The notes beneath the pieces are model-generated. The model saw only the letters and a list, made by a program, of their open reading frames with translations. It was not told the DNA's origin and made no database searches. This document shows, in pieces, positions 63,333 through 64,000 of a stretch of DNA of 64,000 nt. Source of the stretch: Microthyrium microscopicum. Its lineage: Eukaryota. The stretch is taken from positions 410,191-474,190 of the forward strand of contig MU004237.1 of assembly GCA_010405405.1 (NCBI GenBank), in the 5' to 3' direction. How positions within the stretch are numbered: the first letter of the stretch is position 1; the number at the start of each line of letters is the position of its first letter. Both the position numbers and the translations under genes were made by a program.

Positions 63333-64000
63333 GGTTCATACTGTGCGACATGCAGTAGTTTGGAAAATTCCGGGAGTTTGGGTTGGGGAAGGATGGGAAA
63401 TGAAGTAGATGCTTGGCGACGGAAGTATTGGAGGAGAGTGTTAGCGAGTGATTAGGTTGGCGAGTTGAAATTGAAGTTGCAGTTGAAGTTGAAGCTGAAG
63501 TTGGGAGTCGTGGCAATTGTGGATAAATCAGAGGAGAAGGAGAGTCTATTGGAGATGACGGTTGCAAGTTTGGGACCGAAGCCTGATTGGGTTTTTTGAT
63601 GACTTTGACAATGTACCCGGCCTGAAATCCCTCAGATTCAAGTTTATCATACACGTTTCACACGACAAAATGTATCAAGATAATCCATGGCAAGAGTTGG
63701 GCGACTGTCGAGGCTTCTGGAAGGCGATTGTGCAACGCAGTAGCGATAGGTTAGATTTGCCTGTTTTTGGGTCTGCGCCGGTGAGTATAACCGAGAGAAC
63801 AGGACAGCCAGGAGGAGGTGGAGCTGGCAGTGAACAGTGAGACTTGACGATATTGCAATGGCCATGGTAACTGTCTTGGGCGCTGTCTCCGATGACAAGT
63901 TTCATCTACATAATGTAGGTAGCAAGAACAAGAGGGCTGTTACCATCCTTTGGCGATCTATTCCCTCAAAAATAATTGAGCATCAGTAATTGATTTTGAC

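Overview
Eukaryotic DNA from a filamentous ascomycete (Pezizomycotina-type: short GT-AG introns with CTRAC branch points, clear RIP mutation). About 21 intact protein-coding genes can be supported: ERG8, a Cya5-like PPR protein, GH131, a TOK1 channel, an AAA ATPase head-to-head with a degenerate NACHT/STAND protein, an SDR, an SH3-only microprotein, an NCS1 permease, two BBE-type FAD oxidases, an AIM9-like phosphotransferase, a HAD, an F-box protein, a secreted repeat protein, a UBTD protein and several hypotheticals. There are two non-autonomous DNA elements (a TA-TSD MITE and a 9-bp-TSD Mutator-like element). The main feature is a 9.7-kb, extremely AT-rich, ORF-free block (33365-43043): a complete RIP-inactivated hAT transposon with 22-bp TIRs and an 8-bp TSD. 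Reversing C->T/G->A changes by eye recovers the hAT transposase and a spliced cargo gene for a histone H3 variant with CenH3-like hallmarks and a long repetitive N-tail, plus further cargo ORF relics. All family assignments come from motif recognition by eye, not database searches.
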